This document shows positions 1-13,242 of a stretch of DNA of 64,000 nucleotides, piece after piece (position 1 is the stretch's first letter; each line of letters opens with the position of its first letter). The notes under the pieces were generated by a model, which was not told the DNA's origin, did no database searches, and saw only the letters and a program-made list of their open reading frames with translations. Made by a program: the position numbers and the translations under genes. The stretch is from Fonticula alba ATCC 38817 (lineage: Eukaryota > Protista > Nucleariida): assembly GCA_000388065.2 (NCBI GenBank), contig KB932205.1; one strand, written 5' to 3'.

Positions 1-9
1 GAGCCCACC

Positions 10-538
10 ATGCAGCCTCCCACTGAGGGCCCCCCTCCTCTCAGCCCCGGGGTAGACCACTCCCCCTCTGATGGTACCGATGTGGCGGATGTCTGCTCGA
101 GCGACGTGTCCCTGCCGTCGTTGGTCACGGCCGACCCCTCGCCGGCGGTCCGCGCCGAGGACTTGACGCCGGCTCCGCCACCGCGTGCGGCCCCCGTTGT
201 CCGGGTGGTCGGTGCGCCGAATCCCGGCTCCGACGTGGAAATGCTCAGCGACTTGCCGGAGCTGCCGTCCTCCAACGCCGATGAGGTGGTCTATGTGATC
301 GAGTACATCGAGGTCGATGAGGATGGGGTGCCCACCACCGGGTCGCCGATGTCCGACTGCACGCGCGAGCTCGAGCTCGTCACCACCACCGTCACCTCGA
401 CCACCCTCACCACCGCCACGTCGGTCACCACCAAGACCACGGAGGTGGTGTCCCGGTCGACGTCGGTGTCTCCCGGTGCCGCGGCCCCCTGCACCGATGA
501 CGATGACCCCTCGGCCGATGGGCCAGCCACCACGGTCA

Positions 539-570
<32 letters not shown>

Positions 571-1083
571 CCGCTGGTGTTGCCCGGTCAGGAGCCCGCG
601 GCCCCTGATGCTGGTGAAACCCATGTCCACGTCACCAGGGAGGTGTCCATTTCGCCGCCGGTTACCCCCCGCGCGCACATCATCCCCCCGTCCACCGCTC
701 CCGAGGATGACGAGGGCCATGCCGTCCAGCCAGAGGCCGATGCCGGCGATGAGCAGGACTCCGACTCCAACTCCGAGTCCGAGTCCGAGTCCGGCGATGG
801 CGAGCGCGACGAGGAGGAGGCTGCTTCCCCCACTGTTGCCGATGCCAACACCGGTGTCACTCAGTCGACTGGGGACCTGCCCCCGGCCACCGCCGTCACC
901 TTCGGGTCCATGGGCGCCGCCGGCGGGTCCATCGAGAGTATCCTGGCCGCGGCTCAGGCGATGGCTCTGGCCGCGGCTGGCTCCCCGCCGAGTCTCCCCC
1001 TGGACGCCCGTCGGGCGTCTCTCACTGGCAGCGTGCGTCTCCTTCCCCCCTTCCGTGTTTTGCTGCTTTCTTTCTGCCTTTCT

Positions 1084-1114
<31 letters not shown>

Positions 1115-2194
1115 CCATCCTCAGCATTCCGCTCACATACCTGCACCTCCCACGGACCACACACCGACACTGATGATTGCTCAATTGCCCTCCTTCTCTC
1201 TCTCTCTCTCTCTCTCTCTCTTTTCCGCACACACACACAGCACGGCTCTCTCTCGGGCGGTGCGCTCGAGCCGGCTGCCGAGACCGCGGCTGCAACCACC
1301 TCCGCCGCCTCGGCCGCAGTCGCCGAACCTTCGGACAAGGATGACCACACGTCCGATCTGCTGACCGATGAGGATTCGGTCTCCGAGGATGAGTCTGAGC
1401 TGACCTCCGGGTGTTTGTCGGACTCTGCCTCGGAAGCCACCTCGGAGGTTGCCTTTGAGGCCGTCGACGTCGAGGCGGCCACTGCCGCCGCCCCCATGCC
1501 GCCTATCTCTGCTGAGCCTGCCGCCGAGGCCGCCGTCGAGCCTGTTGCCGCGCCTACTCTGCAGTCCACCCCAGAGCCCCCTGTGGTGGTCCCGATCTCC
1601 ACCTCTGCCCCTGCCCCTGCTCCCACTGCGGACCCGAGCCCGGCCCCGGCCCCGGCCCCGGCCCCGGCCCCGGCCCCTGCGCCAGTGGCTGTTGCCTCGC
1701 AAAAGCCCCTGTCGGTGTCGACCGTTTCTCCTACCAGTGAGGGTACGTCCTGCCCGATGGCCGCTCGGTCTCTACTCCCCCCTGGTCTGCTTACCTCTTT
1801 GCTTTCTTTTCTCTCCCGCTCTCTCTCCTTCCCGTTTTATCCACCCATTTCTCCCTTCTCCCCTGGGGATCCCAAAAACATACGCAGTGTCCTCGGGCTC
1901 CGCCTCTTCGGCTGTTTCGCCGACTGCCTCATCCCCAACCTCCCCGAAGGTTGGCAAGGCGACCCCCACAAGTGGCGGCACTCCGGCCGCTGCTGCCGCT
2001 GCTGCTGCTCCACAAATCAGCGCCGCCGAGGCGGCCATGAACCATTTCTACCGGTCCTCGCACTGCATCCCCCATCGCTTTGTGGAGGAGAGCTCCTGGT
2101 TCAACAAGCGGTGCTTCTCTTGCAGCAAGCCCATTCGCGACCGGCTGTTGACCAAGTGCACTGGTACGCATACGCATGCCTGCCCTCGCCTGAT

Positions 2195-2231
<37 letters not shown>

Positions 2232-2516
2232 CTCTAACGCGTGCGCATCCCTCCTCGGCCATGTACAGAGTGTTCCCATTTCTACCACCGCAGCTGCGCC
2301 AAGAAGGAGGCCCCCAATTGCGGCCTCGCAAGCATCATCAAGGCCATGCATGAGATGGCTTCATCCTCTTCGCTCCTCGAGCAGCCGGCGCCGGCCGCCG
2401 CCAACACCACCGCCGCTCCGGCCCCGGTGGCCGGATCCACGGCCGAGGAGGACACCGACCAAGTGGAGTACGTCACGCGGCCCCATATGTGTTCACACAC
2501 ACATGCCCCCCCTCCC

Positions 2517-2585
<69 letters not shown>

Positions 2586-3383
2586 CTCACCATGACCCAC
2601 CACGCCACAGCAACAGCGCTCCTGTCAATCTGGTGGCCACGCGCATGATGAAGCACATTGGTGATGACATTTTCGGTGTGCCGCTGGAGTCGCTGGTTGC
2701 CGATGACAACGGCCTGCCACCCATCGTGGCCCAGTGCCTTGGTGTGCTCGAGCAGCGCAATGGCTTCTTCGTGGAGGGCATCTACCGGATTTCGGCCACC
2801 AAGAGCGACATCAACAAGCTGCGCACGCACTTTGCCTTTGGCCGGCCGAAGCTCGAGGATGAGGACCAGTGGCCGGATATCAACGTTGTCACGGGTGTCA
2901 TCAAGCTCTGGCTGCGCGAGCTGCCCATCCCCCTGCTGACCTTCGATCTGTATGACGACTTTGTCGAGTTGGCGCGGTGTACGTTCTCTCCCTTTCCCTT
3001 TCTGCTTGGGTCGTGTGCTGTTCAGCGGCAATGCTCTCCCTCCCTCCCTCCCTCCCTCACACTCTAACACTCCCACACACCCACACACAGACTCCAAGGC
3101 CAATCGCATGGATCCGATTGCCCTGCGGGATCTCACCCGGAGACTCCCGCCAGTGCATTACCGCGTGCTTGCCTTCCTGATCAACCACCTGGCCAAGGTG
3201 GTTGAGCACTCGGAGTACACCAAGATGGCCTCCTACAACCTGGGCGTGGTCTTCGGGCCGACACTGATGCGTAGCCCGGACGGCAGCATCCGCAACATCG
3301 AGATGCAGAACTGCATTGCCGAATCGCTGATTTCCTATCATAAGATCGTCTTTGACCAGGCCGAGTCGCCCACCTCATCTTGA
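10..3383 (+). CDS. C1 (DAG-binding-type zinc finger) + RhoGAP protein, chimaerin-like, with a long acidic/Thr/Pro-rich N-terminus; about 6 exons
   Basis: The spliced ORFs give a C1 motif (HRF...CFSC...C/ECSHFYHRSC...C) and a RhoGAP (FGVPLE...PPIVAQC...EGIYRISA...VIKLWLRELPIPL...KMASYNLGVVFGPTL). GT-AG introns lie at about 1033-1240, 1743-1887, 2164-2268, 2468-2610 and 2978-3090. Confidence 0.85.
2518..2582. repeat. (CA)n intronic microsatellite (representative of many)
   Basis: Seen directly in an intron of the RhoGAP gene. Confidence 0.95.
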
Positions 3384-5048
3384 GCGCAAGACTACACACT
3401 GTGAGGGTGAGCGTCCCCCCCCCCCCCCCCTACTCCTCCATGCTGTCCCCCGGGGCGTGCCTTTCCCGTCTCCCCATTTCCCCACCCCCGCGCGCGGATA
3501 GCCTCCTTCCTGGTGTTCAGGAAGAAGAGAAGGAGCAACACACAGATACATACATCATCATACACGTTCGCCGACCCCCTCCCTCCCCCCCCCTCCCATA
3601 CATCGCACACAGCACGCCTGCACGACGGGGGTGCGCCTTGTCGCCTTCCCTTCTCCCTCCCCTTGCGCGGAGCCCAGAGGAGACCTGTGAGCAGTATTTG
3701 CAGATCTCCCGTCGCCGTGTTTAGGTTCTCATGCTATGCGGGTCCTGTCGCCCGTTCGTCCCCTCCCCCCCTCTCTCTCTCCCTCCCCCCCCCCTTTCCT
3801 CCCTCTCCCCTCTCTCTCTATACCTATCGTCCTCCCGTTCCCACTCAGAAATCCGTTGCCACGCAGGGACCCTGCTCACGGTACTGTGTTTGGGCGACGG
3901 CCAGCACGCATGGCATAGAAAGACTTTGGCTGCTTCCGATGCCCCCTTGCTCCTCCTCTCTCTCCCCCCTGGCGCCTCAGCTTCTTGAATCAAATAAACC
4001 CTACAATACGATCTCACCGTTGCAAGACGCCAGTCAAGGGCATGGCATCCTCGGCCGAAGCACGGCGGCGAAGGGGGGGGGGGGGGGGGGGACCTTCCCC
4101 CAGGGACAGACGCGCATCGCGCCTATAGCGAGATGATGCCTGCGAGGGAGCGCCTCGGCCCGGGGCAAATTTCCTTGGGAAGGAGGTGTTCTTGGTGGCC
4201 GAGCGTCGGTGGGGACTTCCGGAAGCTCGCCAGAACTGCCACCGCGCCGGAAAGGGGCGCCAGCTCTCCCAACGGAACAGCCGGAGGAATGCCCCGACAG
4301 CACCAGACTCTGGCAGTGGGACGAGGGGTGCGGCGGGGGGACGGGGGGGGGGGGGGGGGCCTCCACAAGAATACGGCCCCTCTGGGCTTGGGGCACACAT
4401 GACCACACACCCCTACCGACACATTGACGCACTTGACGAGCCGCCCACCAGCCAGAGACAGGCCAAAGGCGTAGGGGAGAAAAATAAACACCCCCGGCGA
4501 TCGTCCCGTTCGATGCCCGCGAAAGCGCTCCGTTAGGACACCCTCCAACCGGGAAGGGGGACCGTGGGGCGCCGGAGAATGGCAGGGTCGGGGCACACCC
4601 GGCGGGGGCATCGGGCGGGGGGTCGAGGGGAGGGACGCACCGATGTGCTGCCAGCTCTGAGCGACGCCTGGTGACAATGCAGAGGCAAGGCAGGGGCAGG
4701 GACAGGGACAGAGAGGCACAGAGAGAGAGACCAAGGGAGAAGCACAGACCCCCACCCGCCCGGGGAAGAGAATAGAACCCGTCCCTCCTCCGCAAAAGAT
4801 GATAGCTCCGGCTGCCCGCACAGCGCTATTGGGAGGCATGGCCCGGGCCATTTTACTGACCATTTCTCACCCCTGCCCCTGCCCCCCCCCCCCCCCTACT
4901 CTCTCTCTCTCTGCCCCTCACCCCCTCTTCCCCCTCGAGCTGGACATCAACCCTGTTCCGCTCCTCCTTTACACTCGCCAAAGCCCCCCTGCTGCTCGGC
5001 CTCCGCTACCAGTCCCCGCGCTTGCCTTTCTGCTCCTTCCTGTCCACA

Positions 5049-6328
5049 AGTGCGCCTCCCCCTTCTCTTCCCCCCCCCCCTTCCTCTGTCGGCTCTCTGT
5101 CTGCTCACACACGCACACGCACACGCACACGCACACGCACACGCGCACAGTGAGCACCCCCAAGTTGACCCTGGTCGGTTCGGACGACATCCCGGTCGAG
5201 ATCGACCTCAAGGCTGCCCTCCTGTCGCGCACCCTGCGTGGCTACCTGAACGTCCTGCAGTCATCCGGCCCCGACTCGGCCACCACGGTTTCTAGCTCGG
5301 CTACCGGTGCGTCTGCTCTTCCCCTCCCCCCCCCTTTCTCTTGTGTGCACGTTCCCCCTGCGATGGGAGGACCGGTCTGCCCAGCAACAATCCGACCCTC
5401 TGGTCCCCCCCCCCCCCCCCCCCCCCCCCCATCCATCCCACACCCCCGGCCTCGCTGCCCCCCTTGCTTCCCGCCGACTCTCACCTCTGAAGACATCTCT
5501 CCCCAGAGTTCATCGATGACTTCGACTTCGACACCATTACTGCCCCCTCCGAGCCCTTCCCCGTCCCCGACGCCACCTCCCAGATCCTCACCGCTGTGTC
5601 GCAGTTCTGCAGTCTTCAGATGTACGCCGCGCCCTCCCTCCGCCGCCGGATTTGCTCCGCCCCGACACTCACCCCTCCCCTCCTTTGCCTGCCCCCTGGC
5701 GCAGTAACTCCCCCGAGAAGTTCCACGTCCGCCATGCCTCCAAGACGCGCCCCTTCACTCGTGTCAACCCCGCCCTCATCCCTGCCTGGTGCGAGAACTT
5801 CGCCAAGCAGTTCAAGAAGAAGGAGGATCTGGACAATCTGGTTGATCTTATCCGCGTGCGCTCCTCCCNNNNNNNNNNNNNNNNNNNNNNNNNNNNNNNN
5901 NNNNNNNNNNNNNNNNNNNNNNNNNNNNNNNNNNATATTTTCCCCCCCCCCCCCCCGCATGCCTTTGCCCATCGCCAGGTCGCCAACTTCCTGGACATTG
6001 CCCCCCTCCTGTCCTTCAGCCTGCAGCTCATGGCCGACCACATCCTCTACTGTACGTCGGAGCGCATGAGCCCATGACGCCAGGCGTGGATATGCACGCG
6101 CAAATCCCTTGCAAGCTCGCCACGCCCTCGCCACTACCACCACCCGTGTCCCCGCCTGAGACTGACCCCCTCTCTCGCCCTGGCCCCCGTGGATGTGACC
6201 TGCCACCAGTTGCCTCGAATGACAAGCCCCAGAAGGAGATGCTGGAGTTCTTCGGTCTGTGCGATCCCAATGACCCGCAGGTGATTGCCGACTGCCAGCA
6301 GAAGGGCATCAAGCCGCAGAAGCTTTGA
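5049..6328 (+). CDS. Skp1-family protein (divergent), multi-exon, interrupted by an N gap
   Basis: Segments MSTPKLTLVGSDDIPVEIDLKAALLSRTL, PFPVPDATSQIL, WCENF, LVDLI and VANFLDIAPLL match Skp1 hallmarks (N-terminal POZ strand, W...F, AANYLDI-like motif). The start codon appears split by intron 5050-5150. Confidence 0.7.
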
Positions 6329-7956
6329 GATGCCAGGTTGCAAGCCGAGCTGCCGCGCGCATGCGCATGCCCAAACAGACACACACACACACACACATAC
6401 ACATGCGCATGTTCATCCGTGCGGCGCAACCGTGATGTGAAAAGATGATGGTCTCCTCCTGCCATCCTCTCTGGACCTGATGGAGGCCGACGCCACCCGA
6501 CGGGCGGTGTGCTCTTCCTCAGCACAAATACAAAAAAATGCACAGGTTCCGGTGGCCTTTTGCATCCGACACCGGCAGGGCCCTATCACGACCATGCTCA
6601 ACACCTGCGCCCGGCCGCATGATGGCGACAGGTCGATCATGGCGACTCTCGCGCCGGCCGACGACCCGGTCACACGGAGGCAGGCACAGGGGGGGGGGGG
6701 GCGGGGCGTCTAGCCGGCCAGGCAGTCAGCCAGCCGGCGGTGTTAACTGACAACAAACTCCCTTGCACGCCTTTCGCAAGGGGCGCCTCTCCGATTCTGA
6801 GTTACTTCTGAACACCATAAGCAATTTACTGTTAAGAACCAAACCTCGATGGTCCTGCCGATGTGTGTGTTAATTGGGATCCGGGAGTGGTGCTCCGCCC
6901 GGGTCTTTGTGCAAGCCCATCCTCTGGGGTGGCCAGAAATCCCCGGGGACAGGGAGGGGCGGAGAAAGGCCAAGCACGCCCTTGCGCCTCCAGCGTGGTG
7001 GTTTGGGCTCACTCACGGGAAAGGGCGGCCTGGCACCGGCCGGCGCCTGGGCATCGGGGCCACCGACCTGGACTGTGAAATGCTAGAACTGCAGCACTCT
7101 GTGAAGGCGGTACCAGTAATCTGGTCGGGGGGTGGACCGTCATCTCGCTTGGCCACAGGTGCACGTCGCCCCGTCCATGTTCTGGGACGCGGTTCTGGCT
7201 GGTGGTTCTCCTTGGTCCCCCTCCTCCCCGGCCGGGGTGCCATTGGCTGGCAAAAAGGGAGCCGCGCACCAGAAGGAGGAATACGCCAAGAACGGGGAGA
7301 TCCATGTCTTCCGTGGTCCTTTGGTGAGGAGAGAGAAAGAGAAGGGGAGGAAAACACCAGCTGGACTCTCGGTGGTGCAAACAATAGGCCACACGCGGAA
7401 GGAAAAAAAGGCCCTATACACACACAGGGGTGGCGCGCGCACGCCCGCCCCTCAGGAGAGAGGCAAATGAATGACGAGACGGAGGAGGGGGAATATATGT
7501 GTTTATCGCATAGATGGAGGATGTATTTTGGAACGGGAGAGACACACGCGCGTGACACGAGATGAGAGAGCGCGAGCACGCGCCACCGCCGGCCATGGAG
7601 AGAAGGAGAACGCCAGCCAGCAAACGTACGAGAGAGAGAGAGAAGGGGGAAGCCCGGAAGGGCGCGGCAGGGGGGAGGAGGGAGGCGCGCGCACGCACGA
7701 CGGCAACAGGGCCACAAGACACTGCCACGCGACGCACGCCACACACATGCCCCCCCCGCCTCCCCCCCCCCGGGGGCCCGGCCTGGCCGGTATACTCTCT
7801 CCTCCAAGTAGTCGCTGTTGTTGTATTGCGTACACCGGGAACCAGATCCTGCACAGGCGCGCACGAGACACCTCTCTCGCGCACGCGCGTGTGGCTCTCG
7901 TCCGCGGCCGAAACTAGGCCTCCGAGGAGAAAAGGAAAAAGGACGGGGAGGCGCAC

Positions 7957-9410
7957 TTAAGCCTTGAGGGCGTACAGGCGCTGGCCGAAGTGGGCAGCCT
8001 TCTTCTGGGCGCGCAGGGTCTTCTTCTCCTTAAGGTGAGCGGGGAGAGCACGGCGGATGGCGCGGGTCTTCTTGGCACGGAGATCGTGGGGCATGCGCTT
8101 GCCGAGGAAAGCCTTGCGGGTGGAGGCGCGGATGTTCTGGGTGATGACAGTGTTGATGCGAGCAATGTTCTTGCGGGCAGTGAGACTGAGAAAAGGCCAA
8201 GAGAGAGGGGGGGAGAGAGAGGGAAAGGAGAAGGGCGCGACAGGGGGACCGGGAGCAGGGACAGCGGGGGAGAAAAGGAGGGAATACAAGGACGACATGT
8301 TAGGAGCAAGCTTCGGGGCCGTATGGAGAGGCCGGAGGGGAGCGCGCGGCGCCATGAGGTGCCAGCCAGAAAAATGCCCTCTCCCGCCGGCTGCACTTCT
8401 CTCCCCCCTTGCCAAGCCACCCCCGCGCGAGAATATGCGAAACAACAGTAGCCGCTTTCGCCCGCGCAAATGACGGAGAGCGAGAGGCGGGCTTGGGAGA
8501 AGAGAGGGATGCAGAGGAGGGGAGCCGAGGGCAGCAGTGCGAGGGCGCGAGTGCGGATGCCAAAACCAAGAACAATGGAGACGCACATGTCGTGGACACC
8601 GAGGGTACCGGTACCGGCGACCTTGGAGACGCGGAAGCGAGCGAGCTCCTTCTTGGCGATCTCCAGCTCCTTCTGGAGCTGGTCCTTATCGAGAGAGCGG
8701 AGGGCCTTGGCGGAGTTCTGCTGGGACTGGTGAGGGGTGGGTGGGTGGGGAAGGACACGAAGCACGGAAGTTGGTGAGAAGTTAGTGGGGAGCTTTCAAC
8801 AGGGAAAGGCATGGCTACGGTGGGGCGGGGAGAGGGAAGTTTTCGGGGAGACAACCGCCGAAGGGAGATACACGCCGTCTCCGACCCCCTGTCCGACACC
8901 GCGCTGGTGCGGGGCTCCATCCACACGCATCGGATGCATGCATCTCAAAGAGACATCCGACTGAGGGGTCCCCTCTCGCCGCTCGTGCGCGCGGCAAAAC
9001 TCCAAACCTCATCCAATCGAGCACGTCTCCGGGAGAAGGGGGCCGCGCAACGCGCAAGGTTGCATGCTGCACAGTGGGAGGACCGACGGCCGACAAGGAA
9101 ACATCGGCGCAACCGACGCGCGCGCGCGCGCGCACACACACACACACATCCACGCACGCCGGCATGAGCAGGGCGCGCGCGCGTGCCGAGGTCTGTCGCG
9201 CTGGAGTACGGTGCAGCGCACGCCGCCGATGCATGCACAGGAGAGGTCCGGACGAGACTTTGCCGAGAGGACGGGGGAGGAGAGAGGGGACGCCGTCGTG
9301 ACGGGGGGCCGCCGTGCGCCGGGCGGGGGTGGGACAGGAGGGGAGGGGTGGGGGCAAAGAGGGGAGGGGGAGGGAGGGAGGGGAGGGCGAGAGCAAAGGG
9401 GGGGTACCAT
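7957..9410 (-). CDS. RPL35: 60S ribosomal protein L35 (uL29)
   Basis: Exons 9410-9408 (ATG only), 8726-8587 and 8185-7957 give MSQQNSAKALRSLDKDQLQKELEIAKKELARFRVSKV...ARKNIARINTVI...PHDLRAKKTRAIRR...RLYALKA. The first exon assignment is less certain than the gene identity. Confidence 0.92.
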
Positions 9411-11278
9411 CTTTGCTGTTTGTAGTCGAGGAAAAAGAACCAAAACAACTAGAGACAGTCTTCTGGGGCGAGTCTCTGGTGCACCAGGGTATCCCTTGAA
9501 TCCATCGCCCCCCCCCCCCCCGGGAGTGAAGAAAGTGCCCACCATGCTCCAAAGGTGGGGGGAGGGGGGACCTTCGCCCCTGCCTCCCCCACCCCCCCCC
9601 GCCCCACCCCCCCCCCCTGCTTACACGCGTTTACATTCCCGCGCACACGCGCCCGCTCTGTACTCGGGCATTTCTCTCCGTATTTGACTGTCCGCAAGGC
9701 TCCCCCCTCCCTCACACTCCCTCGGAGGCGGGGGCGGGGGGGACAGCTGGGTCGAGGCGCCGATACCTCCTCCGCGCGAACAGGGGGACACACAGCGCCC
9801 CATGGCACACACCGCCAGGTGACGGGCGCGCGCACGCGCAAGCGCGCCACAGACCACCCTGACCCGGGGCCGGGCCGGAGCCAGGGGAGGGCCGGCTACA
9901 CAGAGAGGGGGCACCGGAGGGCAGCGAGGCCGTCCCCCTGCCCTTCCCCACCGACCACCTCTCCCGGAAAGGGACACCCAGTCGGAGGAAGCCGCGCCAC
10001 AGCAGGGAGAAAACCCCCCCGCCCCCCCCCCCCCCTTCATAGTCTTGCTGTCGGAGCCCACTTCTGCTCTATCCAGAAGCTCCAGAGAGCGGGAGAGACC
10101 CGGGCGCGCTTCTTGCACGCTGGCATGGGCCTGTTCTCCCAGCGTCCACTGCCGCCTGACGTCGAGCTCCACTTCGAAGCCGAGGACCTGTCGCCGGGGG
10201 TGCAGTAGATCGCGCAATTGGAGCCCCCCCCCCCGGCCCCCCCCCCCCCCCCCCACCAGAACGGGGAGCCCTGTTGGAAAGAATGACCCCGATAGCTATG
10301 GATGTTTGCACTTGTGCCCTGGGTGGGGGGCGGGAAAAAAATGCAGGCGGGGGTGCGCACCTCTCGCATACAGGCGCATGTGTGGATTGGCGCGACGCGC
10401 AGCGTGGCTGCCCCCCCACTGCCATGGGTCCGCCCCACCATGGAGAGGACAGGGAAACAAACCCAAGGACCCGCGTCAGGCCCGTCCCCTACGAACATTG
10501 CTGATCTACCCACTCTTTCGCAAGCACACGGACGTGCAAATGTGCCGGTGGCTCCCCGCTCATGGCGCCCACAGTCGGCGCGTGCGGCGCACCATGAGGG
10601 ACACTTTCGAAGTGAAGTCGCCTGAGAGACCCCATAGTCACACACACACACACACACGCGCGCGCGTACACCCCGCCTTTCGCGGCTGGCCGATTTGGCA
10701 ACCAGTTCTGGACTCCAGAACGACGCCCAGATATTGGGGACATCCGACATATGTATTGAGTAACATAAAAAAGATTGCCTTTTTGGTGTGATCTTCCTCC
10801 GGCAATTTTCAGCAATCCGGTAGCTCCGACTTGGCCATCTCCGTTGGTGGCTCTCAACTATGGTGGGAGGCGGGCGGGGAAGGACCGCCCCGAGTCGCCC
10901 CCTCGGCACCAGTGCCAGGCAGCCACAGGAAACACACAGCAGCGCAAGGGCCCAGACACAGACCATTGCCCAGTCTTCGAGGGGGGAGCTGGAGGCAGAG
11001 CGGCAGGGGGCGGGGAAGATGGTGGCGACGTCCTGGGTCGCCCTTGAGGGACGATGGCTGGCCTCCGCCCCCCCCCCCCCCCCTCCCCTCCCGCGCACCC
11101 CAGAATACCGACCTGGTGAAAAGGGCCGCAGGAGCGCCAGCACCGAGGGCACCCCGCTGTGATCACCCACCATCACCGCCCCTGCCATCGCCGCCAGCCT
11201 ACTCTCGGCCGCCCGCCCCCCCCTCCCCCCCTCCGCCTCCTGCACGCACTATTTGCGCCGCGGCCCATCTCCGAAAAC

Positions 11279-12378
11279 ATGTCCGGCTCCACCGCCCCGA
11301 CCGCCAAGGTCGTCTGGGTCTTGATCGATGGTGTGGGCGACCTGCCGGTCGCCTCCCTGGGCGACCGAACTTGCCTTCAGGCCGCTGACAAGCCGAACCT
11401 CGACTGCCTCGCACGTGGGTCACCCTCGCCGCCCCCTCGCCGCCCACCGCGCCCTGTCACTGACTGACCCTCCGAACGCACATAGGGCATGGTCTTAATG
11501 GCCTGATCGACCCAGTCGAGGCGGGTCTCGCCTGTGGTAGTGACACTGCCCATCTGAACCTCCTGGGCTACAACCCGCGCGTGTGGTATCGCGGTCGCGG
11601 CGCCTTCGAGAGCATGGGCGCCGGTCTGGACATGGCCCCGGGCGACATTGCCTTCAAGGTACGCCTCCTGTGGCCCCTCTCCCCTCTTCCCTACGCGCCT
11701 GTCCTTCTGCACTCCCCCGCCCTGCTTCTGGCCACAACTAAGCTGTCGCACCGATTGGCCCTCCTCCTCCCTCCCTCTTCCAACAGAGTAATTTCGCCAT
11801 TCGCGATCTATCCACCGGCATTGTGACCAGCCGTCGTGCTGACCGGAATTTCGAGGAGGCCGGGCCGATCCTCTGCCAAGCGCTGGACGGCGTGTGCGTT
11901 TCTCCCTGCCGCCAAACCTCCCCCCTCCCACTGTCTATCCACACAGCGCCCTTCCAAGTGGCCCCCCTCCTCTGACCCGACCTATCGCTGTTCGGCCCTG
12001 GGCACCAGTGTCCTGCCTGACTTCCCCGATATCCGTGTCAGGGTCCGCTATGCCACAGAGCACCGCTGCGGCGTGGTCCTCAGCGGCCCGGGACTCAGTG
12101 ACGCCATCAGCGGCACCGATCCGCTTCGGGACAAGTACGCCGGCCCGCATTACTGGCCCTGGCTTTCGCCTCCTCCCGTCTCTCCCCCCCCCCCCCTCTC
12201 TCCTCCCCCTCCTTCGGGTCTAACTGATACCTGTTTCGCCATTGCATAGCCTGCCCCTGGTTAAGTGCCGGCCTCTCGATGGGAGTCGCAGCGCGGAGTA
12301 TACTTCCAAGGTTCGCCTCACCCGCCTTCTCCCGGGCCGCGGGATCGTCGCCCGGACTGACTCTCGCGCCCTGTGTCC

Positions 12379-12454
<76 letters not shown>

Positions 12455-13194
12455 TGCACCGAAGGTGATTGCACAGTTGTCCGACGAGTTCACGTGCATC
12501 CTCAGCGCCCACCCCCACAACCGCCTGCGCGCCGAGCAGGGTCTTCCAGCTGCCAATTGTGTGCTCCTGCGTGGCTGTGGTGTCCGTCTGGATCTCCCGG
12601 CACTGGGCACGACCTTCGACACCCCGGGGAAGCCGACCATCGCTGGTGCCCCAATCCGTGGGTTCGCCATTGCGCCCACCTGCATTATCGCCGGCATCGG
12701 GATAAACGTTGGTCTTGGTGCGTGGCGGCCCCGCCGGTCGGTCCTGTCGATCTGCTCGTGGCCCTGGCACTGACCCTGCTCCTGTCCTTCCCTCCTCCAA
12801 AGACGTCATCCCGGTCGCCGGCGCTACCGGTGATTACCACAGCGACTACAGCGCCAAGTGCCAGGCCGTCCTGGACAACATTGCACGTATGGCTTCGCCA
12901 CATCCTGCGCCGACTCGCCAATCTCTCGCTGTTTCCGCCCAGGCTATGCCTCTAGTCCTTTGGCCTGACCCCTCGCCTCCTGCCCGCCCAGGCCCTGAAT
13001 ACTCGCTGGCCTTCATGCACGTCAAGGGCATTGATGATTCGGGCCACGACTTCAATGTCTCGATGCGTGTGCGTCTTTCCTGCCTCCTTCCATCGCGCGC
13101 GACTTCACGCACCCACATCTCCCATCTATCTTTCTTCCTCCTCTCCCTGTGCATATGCATCCCTCTCCCCTGTCCCCGCGACTCACCCGCGAGG

Positions 13195-13242
<48 letters not shown>

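Noticed and set aside
3992-4002. TAAACCCTA telomere- or telo-box-like words here and at about 30454
   Set aside because: They are single short matches with no array and no supporting structure.
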